DNA of 64,000 nucleotides from Spirochaetia bacterium. Lineage in GTDB: Bacteria; Spirochaetota; Spirochaetia; SZUA-6; Bin103. Of this stretch, positions 51,782 to 62,288 are shown piece after piece. Each line of letters begins with the position of its first letter. Positions within the stretch are counted from its first letter, which is position 1. The DNA is taken from the NCBI GenBank assembly GCA_965198005.1, contig CBDAOI010000004.1, positions 1,504,001-1,568,000 on the forward strand, given 5' to 3'. A program made the translations under genes and the position numbers. The notes beneath the pieces were generated by a model. That model made no database searches, was not told the DNA's origin, and worked only from the letters and a program-made list of their open reading frames with translations.

Positions 51782-52197
51782 CGCGGCTGGCAGTGGGGTA
51801 GCGTAGGCGGCATGAGAATGGAGCATGTGGCCATGTCCGCCTGGTACGTCGAGGAGTGATGGCGCTTCCCGCGGCACTGTTCGAGTTCCTCGCCGAGTTG
51901 AAGGAGAACAACGACCGCACCTGGTTCCAGGCCAACAAGAGCCGCTACGAGGAACAGGTGAAGGGGCCGCTGCTGGCCTTCATCGGAGGCTTCGAGGAGC
52001 GCTTGGGGCGCCTGAGCGGCCACTTCGTGGCCGACCCACAGCCGGTGGGCGGGTCGCTGTTCCGTATCTACAAGGACTTCACGCTCACCGCCACGCTCGA
52101 CCAGCAGGCGGTAACCGCCGACGACTTCCCTGCCCGGCTGGTGCAGCGGTGGTCGCACTGCCCAATGCGTCGTTTTCGTGCTCTTCCGTGTCATGGA
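51782..52197 (+). pseudogene. Deleted and rearranged copy of the DUF2461 locus (60244-61052)
   Basis: Near-identical to 60244-60533; 324-bp deletion; ends with an inverted copy of 61010-61052. Confidence 0.9.
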
Positions 52198-52210
52198 AGC
52201 TATGCGGGAA

Positions 52211-53302
52211 TCACTCGATCCCGCAGTATGAATCGATGGTCGCACGGATGGTGTCGTCGGCGGCCTGGGGCACGAGGCCGAGCTCCTGCATCGCCAGCAG
52301 GCAATACGCGCGCGGCGCATCGTGGGTGTCCTGGGCGGGCCGATCGCCTTCCATCTCCTCGCCGCCGATGTCCTTCACCCCTGGAAAGAGCTCGTGGAGG
52401 CGCTGCTGCAGCTCCCAGGTGAAGAGTTCCCCGGAGCGGTCCCTGGCCGACAGGATATAGCGCGAGCCATTCGTCGCCGTGGTGCTCTCGGCCGCGAGCC
52501 GATGGGCCTTGCCCGCGTCGCGCACGTCGACGATGTTCCACAGCATGCGGCCGCCGGGCGTCTTGGTATAGGGCTGCCCCGACATCATGCGCTGCATGCA
52601 GTTCTGCCAGCTCCAGCCCTGGTCATGGTTGGCGCTCATCAGCGGGCCGATCACGTGCACCGGCAGGATGGCCATCGCGTCGAAGCTGCCGTCCCGGTCG
52701 GCGGCTTGGTAGATCATGCGCTCGGTGTTGGCCTTGGCCATGGCGTAGGCGAGATCGCGGTTTTCCGGAATGCGCTCCTGTGTCCACCTGCCGCGATAGG
52801 CCTCGAGGTTGTCGCCACACCAGTCCTTCTCGGTGAAGACGTACCCTGCCGGTCGCGGATGGCTGACTGCGGCGAACGAGCTGGTGAAGACGAAGCGCTT
52901 GAGACTGCCGGAGTTTCGCGCCGCGGCGAGCACGTGGTCGTTCTCCGTGAAGCACCCGTCGTACACCTCCTGCGGCGTTTCACGGTTGTATCCGACGGTC
53001 GCGCCGGCGTGGAGCACCGCGCTGCAGCCTGCGAACGCTTGGTCGTAGCTGCCGCGCTCGAACAGCTCGCCGCGAAACAGCTCGACCTCGCCGCGAAGGT
53101 CGCCATCGTTGTTGAGCGCGGTCAGATGGTCGACCTTCGCAGGATTGTTCAAGTCCCGGACGCAGGCGTGGACGCGGTAGCCTTGCGCCATCAGATCGTA
53201 GACGATCCAGGAGCCGATATACCCGCTCGCGCCGGTGACGGCGACAGGACCGTCGGCGGGTGAGATAGCAGTCCCGCTCGTGCGGTGTCCTTCAGATGTC
53301 AT
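52211..53302 (-). CDS. NAD-dependent epimerase/dehydratase (dihydroflavonol reductase-like)
   Basis: VTGASGYIGS, FVFTSSFAAV, YAMAK, VDVRD. Confidence 0.88.
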   Translation of the reverse strand: MTSEGHRTSGTAISPADGPVAVTGASGYIGSWIVYDLMAQGYRVHACVRDLNNPAKVDHLTALNNDGDLRGEVELFRGELFERGSYDQAFAGCSAVLHAGATVGYNRETPQEVYDGCFTENDHVLAAARNSGSLKRFVFTSSFAAVSHPRPAGYVFTEKDWCGDNLEAYRGRWTQERIPENRDLAYAMAKANTERMIYQAADRDGSFDAMAILPVHVIGPLMSANHDQGWSWQNCMQRMMSGQPYTKTPGGRMLWNIVDVRDAGKAHRLAAESTTATNGSRYILSARDRSGELFTWELQQRLHELFPGVKDIGGEEMEGDRPAQDTHDAPRAYCLLAMQELGLVPQAADDTIRATIDSYCGIE

Positions 53303-53365
53303 GCCGCTACCCTATCGCAGTTCGCAGCGTTCCGGGAAGGCCGCCTACCTGAGTGTTCCTGAGTG

Positions 53366-54583
53366 TCACCACTCGGTCAGCAGGAACTCGCGGACGTGGA
53401 CGTGGCGGATGCCCTTGTGCCCTGCTCCGATGACGGGATCCATCGAAACCACGAGCTTCGGGTAGTTGTCCGGGATCTCGAGCAGGTTGCCGAACTCCCG
53501 GGCGTGGGTCGCTGCGTCGACCAGAAGGTAGGCAACCTGTACGTACATGGTTTCCTCCCCGCGCGTTGCCACGAAGTCGATCTCGCGCCGGTCCAGGCGG
53601 CCGGTGGTGACCTGCCAGCCGCACACACGAAGATGATGATAGACGAGGTTCTCGAGCACCTTCGCGATGTCCTGTTGCACGAACGGCTTCACGGCGTGGC
53701 GCAGGCCCAGATCCTCGAAGTAGTACTTCTCCCCGATTTCGAAGATGCGCCGCCCGACCACGTCCGCCCGGTGCACCTTGGCAAGGAAGCACGCGTGGCA
53801 CAGATGGGCGAGGTACTCCAGCACGGCGTTGGGCGATATGCGTACCCGTTGCGACTTCAGGTAGTCGCTGATCCGCTTGGCGGTTACCACGCTGCCGACG
53901 CTGTCGGCCACGAACCGGACCAGCCGCTCCAGGAAATCGATATTGCGGATGCGGTACCGGGCGACGACATCCTTGAACAGGATCACGTGGTAGAGGTTGC
54001 CGAGATACTCGTAGACGACACGGTCCGTCAACTCCAGATCGACCAGGTGCGGGAGACCGCCGTAGCGCAGATACCGGCGCAGCGACTCGTCGCTCTCGTC
54101 GAGCCGATGGAATGCGAGGAACTCCCCGTAGGACAGGCCGCGTACCGGCACTTCGACGGCGCGACCGGCCAGCAGCCTGGCGATGTCGCCGGACAACATC
54201 TCGGCGTTGCTGCCGGTGCAATAGAGGTCGAACCGCTTCTCCGCCGCGAGGCTGCGCAGCGCGCGCGACCAGTTCTCGATCTCCTGTACCTCGTCGATCA
54301 GGATGCAGCCCCGCCGTGCCGATCCGAGTCGTCGCACGGTGAGATCGAGGAGATCGGCGTGGGTGCGGACGTCGTCGAAGGCAGCCAGTTCCTTGTTGAC
54401 GTAGAGGATCGGACAGGCGGGATCGCGCTCCTTGATCATGTCCACGACGTGATAGAGCAGGTAGCTCTTGCCGACCCGCCGCTGACCAACGAGCACCTTC
54501 ACGACGTCTTTCCCGACCAGCGGTTCAAGGCGCTTGACGTAAATCGGTCTGGTGATGTACTTGGGGATGTCGATGTTCAGCAT
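53366..54583 (-). CDS. AAA_14 ATPase with DUF4143 domain
   Basis: GQRRVGKS, IDEVQ, CTGSNA, YGGLP, KYYFEDLGLR, LENLVY, EIDFVA..YVQVAY. Confidence 0.92.
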   Translation of the reverse strand: MLNIDIPKYITRPIYVKRLEPLVGKDVVKVLVGQRRVGKSYLLYHVVDMIKERDPACPILYVNKELAAFDDVRTHADLLDLTVRRLGSARRGCILIDEVQEIENWSRALRSLAAEKRFDLYCTGSNAEMLSGDIARLLAGRAVEVPVRGLSYGEFLAFHRLDESDESLRRYLRYGGLPHLVDLELTDRVVYEYLGNLYHVILFKDVVARYRIRNIDFLERLVRFVADSVGSVVTAKRISDYLKSQRVRISPNAVLEYLAHLCHACFLAKVHRADVVGRRIFEIGEKYYFEDLGLRHAVKPFVQQDIAKVLENLVYHHLRVCGWQVTTGRLDRREIDFVATRGEETMYVQVAYLLVDAATHAREFGNLLEIPDNYPKLVVSMDPVIGAGHKGIRHVHVREFLLTEW

Positions 54584-54919
54584 GTCCGGTGTCCGGCAGA
54601 GTTTTGGACATACCTAAAACTTCTTGTCTCCTGTTGTCAATAGTCAATAGAACGGTATGATGTGGATCGACGGCAGGACGATCACCATGGTGGCGATCCG
54701 GAACCCGGGCCTGCCCGTACCCGCGCACGGTCGAGGGTCCGCGCCGGTCGCACCGGTCCCACCGGCCGCCGGGGCAGCCGCATGAGCAACGGATCCCACC
54801 CGGTTCTTTCCACCTACTTCATGGCGTCCGAGATCGGCCGCTATCTGTCCACCGCGGCGGCCGTCGCCGACGTGGTCCGCGAGTGCCGGCGGCATGGGGC
54901 AGGCAGGGCCAGCGCGGCC

Positions 54920-55260
54920 AGCACATGGTCTGGTGGAACTTGCCGAACCCCGCGGTGCGGTAACCGTGCTCGCGCAGCACCTGGGCGTAGGTCGGCAGGT
55001 CGCCGGCCAGGGCGAAGTTGTTGGCGATGATCCCGTGCACGCAGGCCGAGCGTCCGGTGAGGAACGACGCGCGGCTGGGGGCGCACACCGGGTGGGTGGC
55101 GTAACAGCGGTCGAAGCGCCCGCCCGCGCCCGCCCGTCCAGCACCGGGGTGGACGGCACGCCGCTGCCGTAGCAGCCGAGGCGGCAGGCCGCGAGCTGGT
55201 CGGCCATGATGAACAGGATGTTGGGCGGCCGCGATCGGTCGCGCGTGTCGGGTCGCATCC
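54920..55260 (-). pseudogene. Sulfatase N-terminal remnant
   Basis: PNILFIMADQL..; CAPSRASFLTGR (CxPxR); GYRTAGFGKFH. Confidence 0.85.
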
Positions 55261-55280
55261 GACGGCTCCGGGCTCAAGCC

Positions 55281-55730
55281 CTACCGGTCGGGCAGGAGTA
55301 GCTCCCGGCGCGGGCCGAGCAGCCGTTCCTCGGTGCCGAGCGCCTCCAGGAACGCGACGTAGTCCGCGTGCAGGCGGCGGATCACCTCGGGGTGGTCGGC
55401 CGCGACGTTGCGCTGCTGGCGCGGGTCGCGGGCCCGGTCGTACAGCTCGTGCGCGTTGCTCGCCGGGGCCAGCAGCAGCGACCGCAGGTCGGTGGTGAGG
55501 GTCGCCGGCGTGTACTCCGTCACCAGCCGCGCGGCGTCGTCCACGATGCGGGAGGTCTCTCCGGGGTTGCGCAGCTCCATGGTGGAGAGGGTGAAGTCGC
55601 GGTGGCCGCCTGCCCGGCCGCGCAGCAGCGGCCAGAACGAACGACCCTGCATGGTGGCCGGCACCGCCAGCCCCAGCGCGTCGAGGATCGTGGCCGGCAC
55701 GTCCGGCAGCGAGACCAGGGCCCAGGCGAT
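55281..55730 (-). pseudogene. Sulfatase C-terminal remnant
   Basis: LVSLPDVPATILD..MQGRSFWPLL..ELYDRARDPRQQRNVA..HPEV. Confidence 0.75.
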
Positions 55731-55889
55731 GTGGACGGCCACAGCGGTCGAGCGCAGCCACCTGGAGCCGCCGCTGCAGGGCCTGGAGTTGAGCGCGGGG
55801 GAAGTACCGGCGGCTGCCGGGGCGGGAGTTGGCGGACGGAGCGCTGGCGTCCCCGCTACAGTGTGGACAGTGTGGCGACCCGGCCAGAA

Positions 55890-56757
55890 GACCAACCCCG
55901 AAATCCAGGTGAGCAGTTATTTCCAGCGGTCGTTTACAACCGTTACTCTGAACACTCGTAAGTCGCCCTTGGACGACATCAGGGTGCGCCACGCACTGCA
56001 GATGGCACTGGACCTCGAGACGATTAACGATACCTACTATGGCGGCTATTCGATATGGGAACCTATGGGGGGACTTGCCGTCAAGCCGTATCTCTTCCCA
56101 TTTGAAGAGTGGCCCGAAGATCTCAAGCAATACTACAGGCATGACCCGGAAGGTGCTGAGAAGCTGCTTGACGAGGCTGGATATCTGCGAGGCGCGGGCG
56201 GCGTTCGATTCAAGCTCACCTATGACCACCGCGACATCATGGATTTAGGCTATGTAGAAATAGCTGCCGGATACTGGGCTGATATTGGCATTGATGTAGA
56301 GATTAATGTAGTACCAGGTTTGACGTGGTGGGGTAACAGAGGAGGGTCTGATGGAGATGAGGGAGACATTACTTATGAGATGAGCACTGGCGACAGTGGC
56401 TTTTATAGTGCCCCAACCGTGTGGGTAGGCTTTTATACCACGGCCTTAACATCCCTGCGCGAATACCAGGGCGGAAACAACACGGGCGGAAAGAAGACCC
56501 CTGAGTTGACCGCCGCGTATGATGCCTTTATCGCCGCTAACACCAAAGAGGAGCAGCTGAGGGCATTCAGAGAGTATGATTTGTTCCTGTTAAAGCAGCA
56601 CAATCAGATATGGGGTCCTATGGCTCCAGTTTATCAGGTGACCCAGCCGTGGGTCCAAGGTTTTAACGGTGAATGGATGCTCGAAGAATCGGGCGTACGT
56701 GACGTCCTCATACACCTTTGGATTGACCAGGCGCTGAAGGAAGCAATGGGACACTAG
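55890..56757 (+). pseudogene. ABC peptide-binding protein (family 5), C-terminal portion only
   Basis: PLDDIRVRHALQMALD, YRHDPEGAEKLLDEAGY, QPWVQGFNGE; no N-terminus or signal peptide; GC visibly lower. Confidence 0.8.
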
Positions 56758-56919
56758 GAGTCTGTCGGATTGCGACCGACTCCTAGTGATCGTACGGGAT
56801 GGGCCAAAAGCGTCGACCCGGGCGACGGTGGGGCGCTAGGGAGTTCGCCCCTCCTGACTACGTGAGAATGGGGCTGGAAGCGCGTTCGGAGCGCCACTTC
56901 TGATCGCGCTTCCGAGCCC
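56752..56919. other. Two intergenic stem-loops between the binding-protein and permease genes
   Basis: CACTAGGAGTC..GACTCCTAGTG (56752-56788); GGGCT-GGAAGCGCG..CGCGCTTCC-g-AGCCC (56871-56919). Confidence 0.7.
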
Positions 56920-56943
56920 TCACTCAATGAATAAGGTGTCCCC

Positions 56944-57900
56944 GTGAGAGTCTATCTCATCAGGCGATTGTTGCTGATAATCCCCACCCTGTTTATCTTG
57001 ACCATCCTCGTCTTTCTCGGGGTCCGCTTCATCCCCGGCGATGTAATAGACGCAATGGTGCTGAGGATGGATACTTCGACCGGCCGGATTGACCGTGAAG
57101 CTGTTGAGCGTAGGCTGGGATTAGACCTGCCTGTTTACGTACAGTATGGACGCTGGTTAGGAGATATTTTCCTGCGCGGCACCCTTGGCGAATCACTGGT
57201 TGGCGGTTATACGATAGAGGAGAGGATACTAGAAAGATTGCCAGTAACCGTTGAGCTTGGTGTCATGGCAATCGTTCTCGGCCTGGTAATAGCCCTGCCC
57301 GTCGGCATCTACTCGGCGATTCGCCAGGATACTGCCGCTGACTACGCGGGGCGCTCTATTGCCATCATCGGCCTGGCCACACCCAACTTCTGGCTGGGCA
57401 TTATGGTCATGATCTACCCCGCCATCTGGTGGGGCTGGTCGCCAGCGATGGAGCTGGTTCCTTTTCAGGAAGACCCGCTGAGCAATCTCGGCATGTTCCT
57501 CGTTCCCAGCCTGATTTTGGGGACGGCCTCGGCTGCAGGCGCAATGCGGTTGACGCGCACCATGATGCTGGAGGTGCTCCGGCAGGACTACATCAGGACG
57601 GCCTGGTCCAAGGGTCTCAAGGAGAGGGTAGTTATTGTGAGACACGCCGTCAAAAATGCGCTCATCCCGGTGGTGACCCTGATCGGCCTGCAGCTGCCGA
57701 TTCTGGTGGGTGGCTCAGTGATCATGGAGAACATATTTAACCTGCCGGGGATAGGTCGTCTCCTGCTGACTGCACTCGAAAACAGAGACTACCCGGTGGT
57801 CTCCGGAATAAACCTGTTCTTCGGCGCCACGGTTATGGGGATCAATCTAATGATCGACCTGATTTATCCTTTTTTGGACCCCACGATCCGTTACAGATAA
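56944..57900 (+). CDS. DppB/OppB-type ABC permease
   Basis: YLIRRLL, RLPVTVEL, ATPNFWLG, QDYIRTAWSKGL, HAVKNALIP, GGSVIMENIFNLPGIG. Confidence 0.95.
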   Translation: MRVYLIRRLLLIIPTLFILTILVFLGVRFIPGDVIDAMVLRMDTSTGRIDREAVERRLGLDLPVYVQYGRWLGDIFLRGTLGESLVGGYTIEERILERLPVTVELGVMAIVLGLVIALPVGIYSAIRQDTAADYAGRSIAIIGLATPNFWLGIMVMIYPAIWWGWSPAMELVPFQEDPLSNLGMFLVPSLILGTASAAGAMRLTRTMMLEVLRQDYIRTAWSKGLKERVVIVRHAVKNALIPVVTLIGLQLPILVGGSVIMENIFNLPGIGRLLLTALENRDYPVVSGINLFFGATVMGINLMIDLIYPFLDPTIRYR

Positions 57901-57918
57901 AGGGGAAAAACCACGAGT

Positions 57919-58809
57919 ATGGGTAATGTCACAGGGATACCGTCACAAGCAGGTGAGCCAAAGAGACGTACCAAGCTGGCTGATTTCTTTATCAGGCTGT
58001 GGAGGGAGAAACCACTAGGTATAATCAGCGGGATTATGATATTGATATTGATTCTTGTGGTTATCTTCGCCGATGCTCTGGCTCCTTATCGTTACATGGA
58101 AATACACCTGGCAGACAGGATGCAGGGCTCATCAGCCCGGTATCTCCTGGGGACCGACTACGTGGGGCGAGACTTGTTGAGCCGCCTTATCCACGGGGCT
58201 CGTCTTTCGTTGGCTGTCGGTTTGGCGGCGACCGCTCTCAATGTTGTCATCGCTGTCCTGATAGGCGGCATTTCAGGATTCTTTGGCGGTAAATTGGACC
58301 TGACTGTGCAGAGATTCGTCGATGCCTGGATGGCTTTCCCCGCACTGCTCCTGTTGTTAACGATAATGTCCATAGCGGGGCGAGGTCTGCCACAGATTAT
58401 ACTGGTCCTGGGGATATCAGGAGGCATCGGCAGCTCAAGAGTAGTCAGAGGCGCCGTTATTGGCGTCAAAGAGAAAGTCTATTTTCAGGCAGCGGCGGCG
58501 ATTGGCAGCTCAAAATGGAGAACTTTTATCCGACATGTCCTGCCCAATGTTGCGGCTCCCGTAATTATCATATTTAGCATCAACATCGGGGGGGTGATTA
58601 TTTCTGAGGCTTCCCTAAGCTTCCTCGGATTCGGTTTGCCAGTCGACTTTCCTAGCTGGGGAGGTATGCTCAGCCGAGAAGGGCGTAAGTATATGGAGGC
58701 GGCGCCATGGCTGGCTCACATGTTCGGTGACGCGGTGAGGGACCTGCTCGATCCAAGGTTGCGGGGTGGTGGTGGGGTTCTCGCTGGCAGCGGCGCCACG
58801 TCGGTTTGA
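57919..58809 (+). CDS. DppC/OppC-type ABC permease, last transmembrane helix apparently deleted
   Basis: LGTDYVGRDLLSRL, RHVLPN, EASLSFLGFG, SWGGML; APWLA joined directly to HMFGDAVRDLLDPR. Confidence 0.85.
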   Translation: MGNVTGIPSQAGEPKRRTKLADFFIRLWREKPLGIISGIMILILILVVIFADALAPYRYMEIHLADRMQGSSARYLLGTDYVGRDLLSRLIHGARLSLAVGLAATALNVVIAVLIGGISGFFGGKLDLTVQRFVDAWMAFPALLLLLTIMSIAGRGLPQIILVLGISGGIGSSRVVRGAVIGVKEKVYFQAAAAIGSSKWRTFIRHVLPNVAAPVIIIFSINIGGVIISEASLSFLGFGLPVDFPSWGGMLSREGRKYMEAAPWLAHMFGDAVRDLLDPRLRGGGGVLAGSGATSV

Positions 58810-58879
58810 GAGAGTGCGCGTGCGTTCCGCACCCAGTATCACGCCGGATGCACGGTGACCGCCACCCGTGGCAGCCTCC

Positions 58880-59090
58880 CTGCCGCCCCGCTCAGGCAGC
58901 GGCTTGAGGCCAAAGTCATCCAGCACAAGGAGAGCTACGGTCCCGACTTGGCGCAGCCGGCGCTGGTAGGTGCCGTCGCCGCGGCCGGCGTGGATCCAGT
59001 CGAACAACACGCTGGTGCGCTCATAGGTGACCTCGTACCCCTTGCGACAGGCGATGTGCCACAGCGCCTGAGCTGCGTGGCAGCTGGTGG
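58880..59090 (-). mobile_element. IS21-family IstB ATPase remnant
   Basis: HAAQAL..ACRKGY..GRGDGTYQRRL..LLVLDDFGLKPL. Confidence 0.75.
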
Positions 59091-59191
59091 GTACCGCGTA
59101 GTAGTTGAGCCGCGGCTGAGCATTCCGCCCCAGCTGGGTAAGTCCGGAGGCAGTCCGAGGCCTATCGCTCGCAACGCCGCGGCGGGGTTCC

Positions 59192-59220
59192 TTGACCGGA
59201 AATATCAATAGTGGTATACA
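59192..59220 (+). promoter_or_regulatory. Sigma70-type promoter of the RelE-HTH module
   Basis: TTGACC-17 bp-TATACA. Confidence 0.5.
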
Positions 59221-59226
59221 CATTCA

Positions 59227-59425
59227 GTGGATTATGAAGTCATCGTGCTTCAGCCAGCGGAGGACTTCCTACGGAAGCTCGAGACAAAGCTTCGAGCGAA
59301 GGCCTTTCGCTAGGGTCTACGTCGTGACTTCCGGCTACGTCAAGAAGGCTCACCGGACCAGTCGCAGTGAGATCGACAGAGCCATGAGACTGAAGAGACA
59401 GTACGAGGAGGCCAGCGAGCAATGA
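59227..59425 (+). pseudogene. RelE/HigB (Gp49-like) toxin with internal deletion
   Basis: MDYEVIVLQPAEDFLRKLETKLRAKAFR*, then VVTSGYVKKAHRTSRSEIDRAMRL in another frame. Confidence 0.75.
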
Positions 59426-59715
59426 AGGCAACCAGGTACCAGGATTTGCTGAATGAGCAGCTTCGGGACCCCAACTTCAGGCGGGAGTATGAGGCGCTAG
59501 AGGAGGAGTTCACCTTGGCCACGGAGATCATTGCGCTGCGCAAGAGATTGAACCTCACGCAAAAGGAGCTCGCAGAACGAGTCGGTACATCTCAACCCGC
59601 AATCGCCCGAGTCGAATCGGGCAATTACCGCAATCTATCGTTATCGTTTCTCCGGCGTCTGGCCGATGCGCTCGAAGCAGTCCCCGAGATTCATCTACGC
59701 AGAAAGGGTGCTTGA
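59422..59715 (+). CDS. HigA-like XRE HTH antitoxin
   Basis: LRDPNFRREYEALEEEF..LRKRLNLTQKELAERVGTSQPAIARVESG. Confidence 0.9.
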   Translation: MKATRYQDLLNEQLRDPNFRREYEALEEEFTLATEIIALRKRLNLTQKELAERVGTSQPAIARVESGNYRNLSLSFLRRLADALEAVPEIHLRRKGA

Positions 59716-60317
59716 TCCATCGGGACCTTCACGAGCTCCCAGTGGCCAACGCGAACGAGACGAAGGTTTTCTTTTTGGGGGCCCCCAACCGGCGTGCGCC
59801 CGATCCTGGCTCCGACGACACCGACCGGCAATCGACTCGCGCGCGTCAGCTCACGGTTGGCTGGCGTTTGCCCGCCGTTGGTCTGCGTTGCCCGATGATG
59901 CGCCGACACTACGATGCCACGCGCCGCTTCGAGCTGACCGGCCAGGTCACGCCGCTACCCAGTCCGGCGCCGCCTGCGGCCGCAGCGCTACGACCAGGAG
60001 GTGCTGTCGGTTCTGAAGAAGATCTGGTACGTCAGGCGTGATACCGTGGGAGGTGCCGGTCGGCGGCGCGAACTTCGTTCGCGCACCCACGGGTCCACGG
60101 GTCCACGGGTCGGCGCTGTTGACAGGGTGGCCGCGCGCGGTTGCGCCTGAAAGGCCGCACGCACACCAAACCGGGCAGCCTCCTGAAGCACCAAGTCCCG
60201 ATCCTACAATATGTGTACGCCCTTGGCACTGATGGGGTGGCGGCGCGGCTGGCAGTGGGGTAGCGTAGGCGGCATGAGAATGGAGCATGTGGTCATGTCC
60301 GCCTGGTACGTCGAGGA

Positions 60318-60995
60318 GTGATGGCGCTTCCCGCGGCACTGTTCGAGTTCCTCGCCGAGTTGAAGGAGAACAACGACCGCACCTGGTTCCAGGCCAACAA
60401 GAGCCGCTACGAGGAACAGGTGAAGGGGCCGCTGCTGGCCTTCATCGGAGGCTTCGAGGAGCGCTTGGGGCGCCTGAGCGGCCACTTCGTGGCCGACCCA
60501 CGGCCGGTGGGCGGGTCGCTGTTCCGTATCTACCGCGACGTGCGCTTCTCCAAGGACAAGTCGCCCTACAAGACCGCGGCCGGCATCCACTTCCGGCACG
60601 AGCGCGCCAAGGACGTGCACGCTCCCGGCTACTACCTGCACCTGGAGCCGGCGGCGTGCTTCGTGGCGTGCGGGCTGTGGATGCCGGCCAGCGCGCAGGC
60701 GCAGCACGTGCGGGCCGCCATCGAACGCGACCGGGCCGGCTGGCTGGCGGCCCGCGATACAGCGCAGGCGGGCGGCTTCGGCTTGAGCGGCAGCTCCCTC
60801 AAGCGCCCGCCGCGCGGCTATGCCGCCGACCACCCGCTGATCGAGGACCTCAAGCGCAAGGATTTCACGCTCACGGCCACGCTCGACCAGCAGGCGGTAA
60901 CCGCCGACGACTTCCCTGCCCGGCTGGTGCAGCGGTGGTCGCACACCACGCCCTTCATGCGCTTCGTGACCGAGGCACTAGCGCTCTCCTTCTGA
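60318..60995 (+). CDS. DUF2461-family protein
   Basis: FLAELKENNDRTWF, FRIYRDVRFSKDKSPYK, GYYLHLEP, LKRPPRGY. Confidence 0.92.
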   Translation: MMALPAALFEFLAELKENNDRTWFQANKSRYEEQVKGPLLAFIGGFEERLGRLSGHFVADPRPVGGSLFRIYRDVRFSKDKSPYKTAAGIHFRHERAKDVHAPGYYLHLEPAACFVACGLWMPASAQAQHVRAAIERDRAGWLAARDTAQAGGFGLSGSSLKRPPRGYAADHPLIEDLKRKDFTLTATLDQQAVTADDFPARLVQRWSHTTPFMRFVTEALALSF

Positions 60996-61108
60996 GTCGG
61001 CACGGTCACTCCATGACACGGAAGAGCACGAAAACGACGCATTGGGCAGTGCACGGTGCCCGGTCGATGCCGACCACGTCGACGATCGACGGCATCATGA
61101 TGATGCCA

Positions 61109-62173
61109 CTACCAGTACTCGAGAATCGCGCGACCCATCACGTCCCCGGCACGAAGCGCGTCGCAGGCATCGTTGATCTGCTCAAGGCGGTAGCGATCGG
61201 TCACCAGCTTGTCCAGTGGGAACTTGCCCTCGGCATATAACCGCAGGAACATCGGGAAGTCCCGATCGGCGTCGCTAGCCCCGTGGCTGCCCGTGTAGGT
61301 GCGTTGAAACGGCATCACCAACATCGGGTTGATTGTCATCTCCCGCTCGGCGGGCACCCCAACCAGAACCGCCGTCCCGCCCTTGCTCGAAGGTCCCACC
61401 CAACCGGGACGCGTTGCCGCCAGGATCTGCTCGGTCGTCGCCCGGACGCCGATGGTGTCGAAGGCGTAGTCGACCCCGCCGTTGGTCAGCTCCTTGATAG
61501 CCGCCACCGGATCCTCGTTCTTGGCGTTGATGAGGTGGGTAGCGCCGAACTGCCGCGCCATCTCCAGCTTGTCGTCGCGCAGGTCAGCGGCGATGATCGG
61601 ATACGCCTCCAGCATCGATGCCATCCAGATGGCCGACAGCCCCACGCCCCCGGCGCCGATCACCGCCACCGAGTCGCCGGGTCGTACCCCGGCGGTGTGC
61701 TGAACCGCCCCGGCGCCGGTCAGCACCGCGCAGCCGATGACGCAGCTCAGATCGGTGGGCGCGTCGCCGGCAATGCCGACCACGTGCTCGCCCTCGGTAA
61801 CGACGTGCTCACTCCAGGTGTGCACGCGGTGCTGGGCAAACAGCGGCGTTCCCCGATGGGTCGCGCCCAGCGGGCCGCGTTCTTGCATGGTCAAGTCGGG
61901 GTGGCGCCGCACCCAGGTGACGATCGCGTGGTCGCCCTCCTTGACGTGGCTCACATTCGCGCCCACCGCCATCACCACGCCGGTGCCTTCGTGTCCCAGC
62001 ACCATCGGCAGCGGCTCGCCGAGCGACCCGTTCAACTCGTGGAGCTGGGAGTGGCATACACCGCTGGAAATGAGCTTGACGGCAACGTCGTCGGGTCCGA
62101 CGTCGGGCAACTCCACCTCGTCGATGACAAGTGGCTCGTTATAGGCGGTCAGTACCGCAGCTCGGGTCTTCAT
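61109..62173 (-). CDS. Zinc-binding alcohol dehydrogenase
   Basis: GVCHS, LGHEGTG, GCAVLTG, GAGGVG, GGVDYAFD. Confidence 0.93.
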   Translation of the reverse strand: MKTRAAVLTAYNEPLVIDEVELPDVGPDDVAVKLISSGVCHSQLHELNGSLGEPLPMVLGHEGTGVVMAVGANVSHVKEGDHAIVTWVRRHPDLTMQERGPLGATHRGTPLFAQHRVHTWSEHVVTEGEHVVGIAGDAPTDLSCVIGCAVLTGAGAVQHTAGVRPGDSVAVIGAGGVGLSAIWMASMLEAYPIIAADLRDDKLEMARQFGATHLINAKNEDPVAAIKELTNGGVDYAFDTIGVRATTEQILAATRPGWVGPSSKGGTAVLVGVPAEREMTINPMLVMPFQRTYTGSHGASDADRDFPMFLRLYAEGKFPLDKLVTDRYRLEQINDACDALRAGDVMGRAILEYW

Positions 62174-62288
62174 GGTGAGGCCACCCTATCATGCCCAGGC
62201 TGCAGGGACAAGCAGGACAAGCACGACGAGCACGTCGAGACAGGACTGCAATGCCGGAGCCGCGCAGCCCAGCGTGGGGGGCGGTTTC

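Noticed and set aside
60088-60111. (CCACGGGT)x3 tandem repeat
   Set aside because: Short intergenic slippage repeat with no supporting context
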